This document shows, piece by piece, positions 49,770 to 64,000 of a DNA stretch of 64,000 nucleotides. The translations under genes were made by a program, and so were the position numbers. The stretch is from assembly GCF_009914755.1 (NCBI RefSeq), contig NC_060931.1. The stretch is one strand, 5' to 3'. The notes beneath the pieces were generated by a model. The model searched no databases. It saw only the letters and a program-made list of their open reading frames with translations, and was not told the DNA's origin. The stretch's first letter is position 1, and each line of letters begins with the position of its first letter. Source of the DNA: the human T2T-CHM13v2.0 reference genome, Homo sapiens.

Positions 49770-52070
49770 TATGTTTTTCATTTATTTTTGTGGTTACCTG
49801 GTAGGTGTATATATTTATGGGGTACATGAGATATTTTGATGCGGGTATACAATATGTAATAATCACATCAGGATGAATGAGGTATCTGTCACCTCAAGCA
49901 TTTATCATTTTCTTGTATTACAAACCATCTAGTTATACTCTAGTTGTTTTTAAATAAATAGTTAATTATTGACTGTAGTCACCGTGTTGTGCTATCAAAT
50001 ACTAGATTTTATTCCTTCTATCTAATAATATTTTTGTACCCTATAATTATCCCCTCCCCCACCCACCTACCCACTACCCTTCCCAGCCTTTGGTAACCAT
50101 TGTTCTACTCTCTATTTCCATGAGTTCAACTGTCTTAATTTTTAGCTCCCACAAATAAGTGAGAACATGTAAAGTTTGTCTTTCTATACCTGGCTTATTT
50201 TACTTAACATAATGACCCCCACTTCCATCCATGTTGTTGCAGATGACAGGGTCATTCTTTTCTATGGCTGAATAGTACATATATATATATATATAATATT
50301 TCCTTTATCCATTTATCTGTTGATGGACACTTAGATTGATCCCAAATCTTGGCTATTGTGAATAGTGCTGCAGCAAACGTGAGAATGCAGATATCTCCTT
50401 GATTTACTGATTTCCCTTCTTTTGGGTATATTCCTAGTAGTGGGATTGCTAGATCATATGGTAGTTCCATTTTTAGTTTTTTGAGGAACCTCCATACTGT
50501 TCTCCATGGTGGTTGTACTAATTTATATTCCCACCAACAGTGTACCAGGGTTCCCTTTTCTCCACATCCTCACCAGCATTCGTTATTGCCTGTCTTTTGG
50601 ATAAAAGCCATTTTAACTGGGATGAGATGATATCTCATTGTAGTTTTGATTTGCATCTCCCTGATGGTCATGACGTAATATTGAGTACCTTTTCATATAC
50701 CTGCTTGCCATTTGTATGTCTACTTTGTAGTAATGTCTATTCTGATCTTTTGCCCATTTTTTATTGTATTATTCGATTTTTTATTGACTTGTTTGAGCTC
50801 TTTATTCTGGTTATTAGTTTCTTGTCAAATGGATAGTTTGCAAATATTTTCTTCCATTTGGGGGATTGTCACTTCCCTTTGTTGATTGTATCCTTTGCTG
50901 CATAGAAGTTTTTACACTTGGCATGATCCCATTTGTCCATTTTTGCTTTGGGTGCCTGTCTTTGTGGGGTATTACTCAAGAAATCTTTGCTCAGTGCAAT
51001 GTCCTGGAGAGTTTTCCAAATGTTTTCTTTTAGCAGCTTCATAGTTTGAGGTTTTAGATTTAAGTATTTAATTCATTTTGATTTGATTTTTGTATATGGC
51101 AAGAGATAGGGGTCTAGTTTCTTTCTTTCTTCTTTTTTTCCTTTGCTTTTCTTTTTTTTTTTTTTTTTTTTTTTTTTGAGACAGGGTCTCACTCTGTCTC
51201 CCAGGCTGGAGTACAGTGGTGTGATCACAACTCATTGCAACCTCCACCTCCCAGGTTCAAGTAATTCTAATGCCTCAGCCTCCTGAGTAGCTGGGATTTC
51301 AGGTATATGCCACCATGCCTGGCTAATTTTTGTATTTTGAGTAGAGACGGGGTTTCACCATGTTGCCCGGGCTGGTCTCAAACTTCTGGCCTCAAGTGAT
51401 CCACTGGCCTTGACTTACTAAAGTGCTGGGATTATAGGTGTGAGCCACCATGTCCAGCAAGTATCTAGTTTCATTCTACTACATATGGATATCCAGTTTT
51501 CCCAGCACCATTTATTGAAGAGACTGTTCTTTCCCCAATGTATGTTCTTGGCACATTTGTTGGTAATGAGTTCTCTGTAGATGTGTGGATATGTTTCTGG
51601 GTTATCTGTTCTTTTCCATCAATCTGTGTGTCTATTTTTATGCCAGTACCATGCTGTTTTGGTTACTATAACTCTGTAGTATAATTCGAATTCAGGTAAT
51701 GTTACTCCACCAGTATTATTCTTTTTGCTCAGGATAGCTTTGGTTATTCTGGATCTTTCATGGTTCCAGGTAAACTTTAGAATTGTTTTTTCTATTTCTG
51801 AGTAGAAGAATTTTATTTTATTCATAGCTATTGTAAATGGGATTACTTTCTTGACTTCTTTTTCAGATTGTTCACTGTTGGCACATAAAAATGCTACTGA
51901 TTTTTGTATGTTGGTTTTGTCTTCTTCAACTTTCTGAATTTATTAGTTCTAATAGTTTTTTTGGTGGAGTCTTTTGGTTTTTCCAAATATAAGGTTATAT
52001 TATCTATAAACAAGGATAATTTGACTTCTTTCTTTCTAGTTTGGATGCCCTTTCTTTCTATTTTCTTATT
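49770..52070 (-). mobile_element. L1MA 3' ~2 kb (antisense), Alu-interrupted
   Basis: ggggtacatgagatattttgat 3' end; [16 protein letters not shown] and [18 protein letters not shown] (ORF2). Confidence 0.9.
51118..51458 (-). mobile_element. Alu within L1MA
   Basis: TSD tctagtttc. Confidence 0.9.
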
Positions 52071-52139
52071 GCTGTAAGACTTACAGAATGAAATATTTAA
52101 AGTATTGAAAGAAAAACCCCACCAACCTATGGTAACTCC

Positions 52140-52560
52140 ATGTTTCCAGTTGGTAGTTGCTTAGGCAAAACACCTTGGAGTCATTCTTGATTCTCCTTGT
52201 CCCTCACATCCCACATCCTATCTGTTAGGATATCGAGATGTAATAAGAAAAAAAAAATTGTAATCCTCCCCTTCTTACCACCTCTATTTCTATCTCCTTG
52301 GTCCAAGCCATCATTATCTCTTCTCTGGATTATTGCTATAGACTCCATACTACAGTCTAAACAGAGCAACTAGAATGATTAAAGTCCAATCTAGTACTAC
52401 TACAGAAGCTTCCCATTTCACTACCTGTCTATGAATTACTTAATTTCTCTGTGTCTCAGTTGCTTCATCTGTTAAAAGAGAATAATACCTCCTCAGGAGA
52501 TTGTGTGATTGATGAGGAGGCACTTACTTAATACCAACCTGATGCACAGAAAATAGTAAA
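52140..52560. mobile_element. L2 fragment followed by MIR
   Basis: cttggagtcattcttgattc (L2); ttacttaatttctctgtgtctcagttgcttcatctg (MIR core). Confidence 0.7.
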
Positions 52561-53381
52561 GTTTAGCGATTTTTTTTATTATTTTAATTTCCAATTTGCC
52601 CTTCAAATCAGAAGCTTAGTTTTGTCTTATTCTTCAGTGCTTGAGGTGGGAGGGTTTGTAGAAACATTTGGCTTCTGAATACCTAGCTCATTGCTGTCAA
52701 GCAGAATCCTCCATCTTTTAGTGCCTGAAAATATTCAGATGTCCAGAAACATTAACCAAAGGAAATTCCATTTCTAGCTCTGCTGTTTGTATAGGCAATG
52801 TAGTGGGTCAGTTTTCTGCACTGTGTAGAAATTGCTTTGTCAGTGGAAAATGTTATTTTCGTCGGTTTTACAGTTCCTAACTTTTGAGGCATTTGTTCCC
52901 TGGAGGATACTAAAAGAAGGAAATCTTCAGACAGCTGCCCACTGAATTTTTGTGTGAGCCTTTATTTGATATTTTACCCAGACCCCTTTTGGTTTTTTAT
53001 TACAGTAACATCGCATACCTAGGTTTTTTTTTTCTTCTTCATATAAGCCTTACCTATCTGGAACTGTCAGTACTAGGAAGGTACTTATAGTGTTGAATGT
53101 TCCCACTCATATTTCCTGTTATGCCTTATGCTTTTTATAACAAGCCAAAAAGAGGAAGAAAGATTTCACCATAGATTTGCTAAAGGCAATGTGGGATGCA
53201 ATGAGTGTGGTTTAATGGAAGAGCCCTGGGGTGCGGCCTCTGAGCCTTGCTCTGCCACTGACACCTGTATGACTGCCTGGGCTTGAGTTAAACGTTCTGC
53301 ATAAATTCTAGCAGAAGAGGCTAGCTCAAAGAGGAGATTCAGTGTCTGAATGTCTGAGAGAGTGTGAAAATAAGAAAAGTT

Positions 53382-53695
<314 letters not shown>

Positions 53696-54115
53696 TCACT
53701 TGAGACCTCAACCCACTGACAAGAGAAGAGGGACTGGGGCAGACCCAACCTGAACTGGTTCTGTAAAGCAGCCACGGCACAGACCAGAGTGGACTGTGGG
53801 CCTGAGCAGTGTATGCCCCTGGGGCCTGGAAAGTAGGGGCTGGGACTTCATTTCTTGAATAGAGGGAGAAGGAAAGACACTTGAGAATCTGGTAAAAACA
53901 AAAACAACAACAAAAAAAAACCCAAAACAAATAAAACATTCTAGTAGCTTCAGGCCCTCCACTGGGCATGGTGTCTTCTTGACCCACAGACAATAGGCAG
54001 GCAAAGTAGATGGAAGCAAGTGCTAACATGATACACAGCTCCCAGGGCTTAGACACTTCCCACCTCAGCAAGCTGGACCCATCCAAGCTGTGGTGTCAGG
54101 GTAGAACAAATGATT

Positions 54116-54413
<298 letters not shown>

Positions 54414-54999
54414 TGATTCTTATATGTAGATTCTTTAGGGAGCAGCTAAGCCAGCCCCCATTGACTGGGGGAGATGATGGTAGCTTTGAGACACTCCTAG
54501 CAGCTGCAGTTTTGTTATCCTGCACCCTGTTCACTTTCCAGGGCCATGCACCTCCACGGAAATACCTTATCTATAAGCCTTGTGTCTCTACTTCAGTTTA
54601 GGTCTCCTAGACTGTAACGGAGAACAAAAAAAAAAAATAGACCAAGTTTTAGGCATTGCAGGAAAAAAAAGTGTGTTCATTCTCTGAGCCTCCGAAGTAA
54701 TGCAGCTATATTTATAAGTGGATCAGTAAAAGGAGAAACTTCTTTAGGTTTTTAGACCTGGGATTCAGCATTGAGATTTTCTGTGCTCTGAAGGACTATC
54801 CAGTAACTGTCCTTCCAATAACTTTCCTTAGTTTCTTGTTACAATCGCGATTCCGGTGGTTATCAAACTTCTTCCTAGTGGATTGCTTTTCCACTCTTCA
54901 TTGACATTACTTGTTCCCAAGTTTTTTTTTGCTGTTGCAAAGTGTTGAAATAAACATCTTTGTACTTAAATGATATATGTGTAACAGTAAATTTTTAAC

Positions 55000-56050
55000 A
55001 TTAAACCACTGACTTAATTCATTTATTGAATTTTGTTGTAGTATATCACACATACAGTATACCAATCATTTATCAATAACTGATGTGTTCACAAAATGAA
55101 CACATGCTCATAATCACTACTGATATCAAGACAGAAAATTACCAGCACCCTGGAAGCCTCTCTCAGCTTCTCTCTCTCAATCACTACCACCTCCTTCCTA
55201 CCCAGGGCAAACAGTATCCTGATTTCTAAGATCATTGATTTGTTTTACCTACTTAGTAGCTTTAAATTTTTTAAATGAAGATGTAGTATATTATTCTTTG
55301 GAATCTGGCTCCCCACCTCCTCATCATTATGTTGAGATTCATCTGTGTTGTTGCTAATGTAGCAGAGTTCATTTTTTTGTTACTGTATAGTGTATCATTA
55401 TATGCGTAGATCACGTTTTTTAATTTATTCTTTCTCATTGCACTGTTCTGCAATGCCACCTTGCCGTAAACCAGGCATCTGCATCTGAGGGGCTGTTTCT
55501 GGACCTGTCATTCTGTTTCATCGATATATTTATCTATCCTTGTGCCAAAACCCTACTGTCTTACTTATGGCTATATCATTAACTTAGCTAATGTTTAGAG
55601 CTATGTAATGTAGATAATTGTAGCTGTATAATAGTAATGTATCGATATCTGGTAGAATAAGTTCTTCTACTTTGTTATTCTTTTAAAACTACCTTGACTA
55701 TTCTTGGCCCTGTGTATTTCCATATAACTTTTACAATCAAGTTGAAATTACTCCCTCCCCTCCAAAAAAAAAAAAAAAGCATGCTAGAATTTTGATTGGG
55801 AATTCTTTGAGGAGAATGGCTATCTTTATTATATTAAATCTTCCTGTCCCTGAAAGTGGTATGTCTGTTTATGTGGGTCTTTAATTTCTCTCAATAGTGT
55901 TTTATAGTTTTCTGTGTTAAGGTTTTATATATCTTTTATTGATTTACTCTTACATATTCAGTGGGCTTTTAAATGTAATAAATGGTATTTATCACAAATT
56001 TATCATAAAGATTCCTAATTATTGCATGTATTAGAAACATTTTTATATAT
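55000..56050 (-). mobile_element. Ancient L1ME fragments
   Basis: tgttgagattcatctgtgttgttg; gctagaattttgattggga. Confidence 0.65.
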
Positions 56051-56596
56051 TAAAGCATAGGTTTTTAATTATAAGATTTTATGAGATTTACGGTTTATAT
56101 CATTTTAAGAATCACTTAATATTCAAATTCAAATCACCATGAGAATTCTGGGTAAATTGAGAAAAGTAAAGTTGGATTAAATCCAGGGTTGTATCCTTGG
56201 AGAATTCAAAAGGAACCAGGAAGAGCTTGTTCCTAAACTGCGTGAGTTCTGTGTTGGTTGCTTGAGAGAGATTGCCTAGGGCTTGCTTCCTCTCTCAGCT
56301 AAAGTGATTGGGATTTGGCAGTCAGGGTGCTTTTGTTTTTAGGGTACCCTGAGCCCTCTCCTAGCCAGCCCACATTTGTGAGCACTCGGTAAACACAGAG
56401 CAGGAGGGAATTACAGTGAATGGGGATTTCCCTCAGTCCTGCCCACTGGCTGCTCTTGAACTGACAGGCTTCTTTCTCATTCTAAACTCACCAGCAGTGG
56501 AGCAGTAAACCCGGCCACGGTCAGGCATGGCACATGTCCTGCAATGATGGGGACTGGACCTGTTGCCTTAAACTCACGCCTGCTTTGTTTTTCCAG

Positions 56597-56647
56597 GTCT
56601 ATAAGGGAGAATTCCAACTACCTGACTTTCTTAAAGAAAAACCACAG
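56597..56647 (+). CDS. TPST1: TPST1 internal coding exon, 51 nt, VYKGEFQLPDFLKEKPQ
   Basis: Acceptor tgctttgtttttccag|GTC, donor CAG|gtactg; translation matches the recalled TPST1 C-terminus ...NTRRVYKGEFQLPDFLKEKPQTEQVE. Confidence 0.96.
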
Positions 56648-57126
56648 GTACTGTGTCTGCTTTTTCCTCCTGATGTATACTAGATTGGCTCTTGCATTGA
56701 AGTAATATTTTTAAAGAGATAATGAAATTAAAAAGACAGAAACAAGAAAACCAAAAAGAAAAGAAGAAAAGGGATAGTGATATGTGCTGGGGAAGAAAGA
56801 TCAGCGTCTGGGACTTGTTGATTTTAACAATAATTTAACACAGTCTTAATTTCAGAGAGCTCAGTGTCTCCCAAAACCAGGGAAATACTTTATTGATAAC
56901 CAAATTCTGATTGCTTGAGGTCCTGCACAAGCCGCCCAGTGGGTAAAGCTGCTCCAGCGTTCCAGTGCCTAATTTGAAATAAAAATGTTCAGCGACCCTC
57001 TCTGTTCCTACTCTGTGTACTGTACATCCTTGCCCCTTTGACTTTTCTCATTTGGAGCCCAGATGACTTATATATACACATAGTCACTGGCCCCTGGGAA
57101 GGACAGTGAGAGTTTGAAGGATTAAA

Positions 57127-57584
<458 letters not shown>

Positions 57585-58415
57585 TCAGAGTTTTCCCTGT
57601 AACGTCTTCTCTCACTGACTTGCATTCCAATCCTGTTTCCTGGGTTGGAAAGAAACAGGGAGTCTCACGGCTGACATGCCTAGAGGAGCCCGGCATCCTG
57701 CCTCTGGGCATCACTGTCATGCCCATATGGAAGTCAGAAAAAATGGACACCCATGGCCTGAGTGCAGCCGACTTCCCTTTCCAGCAAGGCGATGATGCAT
57801 GTTGCCTCCAGGCTGCTGCTGTCAGTGATTAGCTTGTCAATAGGAAGAGGAGACTCAGTTTTGAACTCAGTTTCTGAAAGCGTTCCAGATAGAGGTTGGT
57901 GAAGCAACAGCACCTCAGAGACTTGTGTGAAGTCCAGTTGCCTGATGCAAGCCTGGAGTAAATGGGCTGCCCTCTCTGAGGGAAGCCATGTCTCACACCA
58001 GAGTTGAAGCCTCTTCCTTCCTGACCCTTTTCTGAAAACACTTAGCCGCCAGTAATTGATACATATGACTTGAGTGTTTCAAAGTACTTTCAAGGCATAT
58101 TCTTATTCACATATATTTACTATTCATCCATTCATTCACTTATTCACCAATTGTTTACCCAGTGTCTACTATGGTGAGGAATTAGAGTAAGTCCTCAGGA
58201 GTCACGGGGGAAAGAAAGACCTCAAGGAGCTCCTGATTTATCCAGAAGAATCCGACCACCTCGTGCAGACAAGGGGACACAGAGCTCTGGGCCCAGGCTG
58301 GGCATGATGTCCCAGAAACCTGGGCAGATTCATGAACAGACTGACACCGGCTGTGGAAATTGGAGCCAGAGAATATTCCAAGAGGCTGTCTTGAAGGAAT
58401 ATAAAATCCAAAAGC

Positions 58416-58640
58416 GCCCAGGTGCGGTGGTTCACGCCTGTAATCCCAGCACTTTGGGAGGCCCAGGTGGGTGGATTGCCTGAGGTCAGGAGTTCAAGAT
58501 CTGTTTAGCCAACACAGTGACACCCCGTCTCTACTAAAAATATAAAATAATTAGCAAGACTTGGTGGTGTGCGCCTGTAATCCCAGCCTGGGTGACAGAG
58601 CGAGAGTCTGTCTCAAAAAAAAAAAAAAAAAAAAAAAAAA
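58416..58640 (+). mobile_element. Alu with ~85-nt right-arm deletion
   Basis: gtaatcccagc|ctgggtgac; TSD tccaaaagc. Confidence 0.9.
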
Positions 58641-58809
58641 ATTCCAAAAGCCGGTTTGCATAACAAATCTGAAGAAGTCAAGAAAAGGTATTTGAGACTA
58701 AAACTAAAGGGACACTCCTGCTTCACAACATACCTAAAAATATTTCCAAATGGATTGCACACCTAAATGTGAAAGGCAAAATAATGAAAGTTGTTAGAGG
58801 ATATAGAAG

Positions 58810-59085
<276 letters not shown>

Positions 59086-59282
59086 AAGAAGATAATAGAG
59101 GAACCATCTTTATGACCATAAGAGGACAGGATTTCTTAAGCCCTAAAAAGTACTGATTATTAATTTAAAGGTAGATAATATGAACTACATTATAATTGAG
59201 GATGTTTATGTAATAAAAATCATGAGAGTAAAATAGTGAGCCTAAGTAGGAGAATATATTTGAAACAAAGGACTTATCTGGA

Positions 59283-60135
<853 letters not shown>

Positions 60136-60224
60136 AAGAAACAATCATGCAGAAGTGTGCACACAGAGACACACACACGTAGAAAAGGGCCCATAAGGTC
60201 TTCAGTTTAACTTCTAATGAAAAT

Positions 60225-60787
60225 CAGCAGAAACTCATAGAACCTTCAGATTGAATAATTAGCTAGAATGGTTCATAAAACTCGGTAAAGTGTAGTACTT
60301 AACAATGACAGTTTTATAAAGGATGCAGATCAGGACCAGCCATAAGATAGAAGTGGGCCCAGGAGGGTCCTGAATGCAGAGCTTCTGTGCCTCCTCCCTA
60401 TGAAAGCAGGGCACGTCACCCTCCCGGCACACCCATGTGTTCACCAACCGGGAAGTGCCACTGAACTTCCACACCCAGCATTTTTATTGGGGTTTATTTA
60501 TGCAGGCAAGATTGATCAAATCGTTGGTCATGTGTTAGAACTCAATCTCCAGCCAACCTCCCCTCCCCAGAGTTGACGTGGGCTCCAAGCCCCAGCCCCT
60601 GATCCCATGGTTGGTCTTTGTGGTGAGCAGCCCCATCCTGAATCATCTCATAACATAAATCCAGATGTGATCCAAGGGCATCAGAAATAACAAAGACACT
60701 CTTGTTACCCAGGAAATTCCAAGGATTCGGCATTTCCCTCCCAGGAACCAGGGGGAAAGGCCAGTCAGATTCTTGAGCATACCACAG
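60225..60787 (-). mobile_element. MER21-type LTR
   Basis: tgtgttcaccaaccgggaag...ggaaattccaagga...ataccaca. Confidence 0.75.
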
Positions 60788-60914
60788 TAGTGCACTGAGT
60801 TCATCTGAAAGTGAACAGAGCCTGCGGGCCACCCCTCATGTTTCAGTGGGGACGGTCACTTCTCATGCTGACCAACTTCAAGGACATTAAAACATCTTTT
60901 CTTTCCTTCAACAG

Positions 60915-60932
60915 ACTGAGCAAGTGGAGTAG
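60915..60932 (+). CDS. TPST1: TPST1 last coding segment TEQVE*
   Basis: Acceptor tcttttctttccttcaacag|ACT GAG CAA GTG GAG TAG; continues the previous exon in frame. Confidence 0.96.
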   Translation, partial: TEQVE

Positions 60933-60961
60933 CAGAACCAGGAGCCTCTTCCATACATGAG
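60933..60961 (+). other. TPST1: TPST1 3'UTR part of penultimate exon
   Basis: Follows TAG and ends at a strong donor, GAG|gtgagg. Confidence 0.9.
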
Positions 60962-61029
60962 GTGAGGGTTGGGGGACATTGCCAGGTCTTTCTGTTTCCC
61001 ACTCGGGCTCTTGCAGGGGGCTGGGTGGC

Positions 61030-61400
61030 CAAGGTGGAGAGCACAGCTCTGGAGTCCGTCTGCCAGGGTTGGAATCCTGCCTCTTCACTTTCTGTGTGGA
61101 AGCAAGCACATTACTTCACCTCTCTGTGTCTTCATTTATTCATCTATGAAATGAGGATAATATTAACAAGAGCATGGTGGTGAGAATTAATCATCATCCA
61201 AGAGCCTGGCTCATAATAAGCGCACAATAGTATTGTTATTTTCATTATGAACCATGAAATATTTCAGCTGAAAGGGACCTGGAGGCCATCAAGCCCAACT
61301 CCCTGTTTACTGATAAGGAAGCTGGTCCCAGAGGGAGCAGGTCGTTTGTCAGGACCATAGTCCATAGGCAAGGAAACCCAGAACTCAAGAGTGGCTGTTT
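61030..61400. mobile_element. Two MIR fragments in opposite orientation
   Basis: ctctggagtccgtctgccagggttggaatcctg; gaaagggacctggaggccatcaagcccaac. Confidence 0.7.
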
Positions 61401-61893
61401 ACTTCTGGTTACCTGTTCAGCCAGGGCCCCAGCCACCCATCCCCACCTCCAGTGGCTTTCTTCGTGTGCTGGACTTGCAGATGTTTTTGCCCTACTGCAA
61501 TTTTTGTTTGTTTGTTTGTTTCTTGGTTGGTTTTTCAAGTTTGCCCTTGCTTGTTTTAATGTATTATGGATGGCTTATGTGAGTAACCTATATTGTCTCA
61601 TTGGACTAAGTGCTACATTGTAGACAAGGCCAGCCTTGCCTTCTCAGCCCTTTTTCTATCTGAGTATGTGGCCCTCATCAGGCACATGTCCAGGGACACC
61701 AGCTCATGAGTGGCAAAGCTGGTTTCTCAGCCCAGATCTCCAGGTGCAGCTGCTCAGAGTTCATACCCTTGTCCCAGACTTTCAGTCTCTGCTTATCCAC
61801 CCAAACTTTCTTAAGATCAGTTTTGCTCCAAATGATGTGGCAAAGCCTTTGATCAGTTGTAACTTGAACAGCCTTTTCAAAAAATCTGATATT

Positions 61894-62365
<472 letters not shown>

Positions 62366-63149
62366 AAAATCTGATATTGATAGTGATTTTTTCTCATAGT
62401 TTACTTGCTGACCTTTGTTTTTTTTTTTTATATAATGTTTTTATTTTTACTTTATATAATGATGTATTGTGCATACTCCATACCAGGCATAAAATACCAA
62501 GGATTTTATTTGCATATATATAAGATGATATATATATAACAGATACGCTAAATTATATATACATCTATATATAAAATTGTATTCAGTTCTCAAACCACTC
62601 TGGCAAGCTGGTAGTATTCCTGTTTTGCTAGTGAGAAAACAGGTTGAATGTGACTTGCGGTGCGTTGATGGATTATAGACATAAGAAGCACATGGACGCT
62701 GGTCCGTCATGTCAAAATCCCAGATGGCAGCAAGCTGCTAATATTGACAGGTTCTAGGATTCAGGTTTCCTTTTTGCTGAGGAGCAAATGCTGAATGTTA
62801 GTCTTATGCCCTGTGGGTCTGCATATTTAACAGCAGTTATCAGGCCTTGGCTAATTTTGTTTATACAAAATGCTTTCAAACTTCATAGGTAATCTCCCTG
62901 CCCGCCCCACCAAACACACACAAGGCCTCATTTCTTTACCAGCGTGTTGTAGGATGGACCGCATCAGCAGTTGCCTCTGCAGCATTTCACCCTGGCTTGT
63001 GTGTGGAGGTTGGGAGGGGCCAACCTGTGCTGAGGAGGACTCAGGAGAACTGGGGACACAGCAAAGCCCTTAGGATGGATACTATCTTTCTTATCTTTTG
63101 GGTCCCTTTGGCATTTCAATAACAGTATCTGTGTTCTCTGGAGCTTCCT

Positions 63150-63641
63150 TTAAAGAACCTTAGGATCCATTTCTTCACGTGAGGAGGAATCAGGGTGCTG
63201 ACCCCTGGACACTTAAAGAACCTTAGGACCCATTTCTTCACATGAGGAGGAATCAGGGTGCTGACCCCTGGGACACTTAAAGAACCTTAGGACCCATTTC
63301 TTCACATGAGGAGGAATCAGGGTCTTGACCCCTGGACACTTAACCTTAGGACCCATTTCTTCACATGAGGAGGAATCAGGGTGCTGCCCCCTGGACACTT
63401 AAAGAACCTTAGGACCCATTTCTTCACATGAGGAATCAGGGTGCTGCCCCCTGGACACTTAAAGAACCTTAGGACCCATTTCTTCACGAGGAGGAATCAG
63501 GGTGCTGCCCCCTGGACACTTGAAGAACCTTAGGACCCATTTCTTCACATAAGGAGGAATCAGGGTCTTGACCCCTGGACACTTTAAGAACCTTAGGACC
63601 CATTTCTTCACACGAGGAATCATGGTGCTGACCCCTGGACA
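63150..63641. repeat. Minisatellite/VNTR, 8 copies of a 59-64 bp unit
   Basis: Unit ttaaagaaccttaggacccatttcttcacatgaggaggaatcagggtgctgacccctggacac; copies start at 63150, 63213, 63277, 63340, 63399, 63459, 63520, 63583. Confidence 0.97.
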
Positions 63642-63982
63642 TCTGGTGCCCCTGACAGTGCCCCCACAGTAGCAACAATAGCAGATGACAGTCAGTTATT
63701 TAGAAATGGGCAGGAGCAGCCCTGGTTTTGGCCATCTGCTTGCTTTGCACCCAGCAGCTACTTGCATGCATCTGAAAGCACCAGAGTGAGGGTGTGTGTG
63801 CCTCCCAGGCAGTCTTCCTGAGGCAGCTGTTCTCAACATCCATCCTCCTGGCCCCTGATCTGCAGGAACCTCCCCAACCGCCTGGCTTGTCTAGGCCTGT
63901 AGCTGGGAAGGAAGAGACGAAGACACAGGGAGAACACACCGGGACTCCACACCTGTAACCACATTCTGTTTGTTCGCCCTAG

Positions 63983-64000
63983 GAAAGATTGCTGCCTTTT
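63983..64000 (+). other. TPST1: Start of TPST1 terminal 3'UTR exon
   Basis: Polypyrimidine tract plus AG, then GAAAGATTGCTGCCTTTT; the spliced ...CATGAG|GAAAGATTG agrees with my recollection of the mRNA. Confidence 0.8.

Noticed and set aside
62500-62580. AT-rich quasi-palindrome
   Set aside because: Low-complexity (TA)n sequence with no specific structure
63150-63641. CRISPR-like array or repeat-encoded peptide (ORFs 63213-63398, 63484-63678)
   Set aside because: Units are contiguous with no unique spacers, there are no cas genes, and the context is eukaryotic. Unit lengths of 59-64 nt break the reading frame.

Overview
Primate genomic DNA, almost certainly human. The window holds the 3' half of TPST1 (tyrosylprotein sulfotransferase 1) on the + strand. 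It covers about 56.6 kb of a long, repeat-saturated intron, then a 51-nt coding exon (56597-56647, VYKGEFQLPDFLKEKPQ), a 47-nt exon carrying TEQVE-stop (60915-60961), a ~3-kb intron lying entirely within the 3'UTR, and the first 18 nt of the last exon (63983-64000). The rest is mainly transposon fossils: about 45 Alus, many L1 pieces (one old L1 with 5'UTR, ORF1 and most of ORF2 at ~38.4-45.3 kb), L2/MIR, solo LTRs (THE1, MSTB, MER21/MER77, LTR33, MLT1), DNA transposons (Tigger1, Tigger3a, MER2, MER1A, MER58A, MER53) and a U6 snRNA retrocopy. I found no support for any ORF-track ORF being a gene, and no convincing new biological system (no CRISPR, no unknown gene). The best leads are regulatory: an 8-copy ~63-bp VNTR with arrayed E-boxes in the 3'UTR intron, a stop codon only 29 nt upstream of the last junction, and a possible read-through/intronic polyadenylation isoform after the 51-nt exon. 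Repeat subfamily names come from recalled consensus sequences, and repeat boundaries are approximate.
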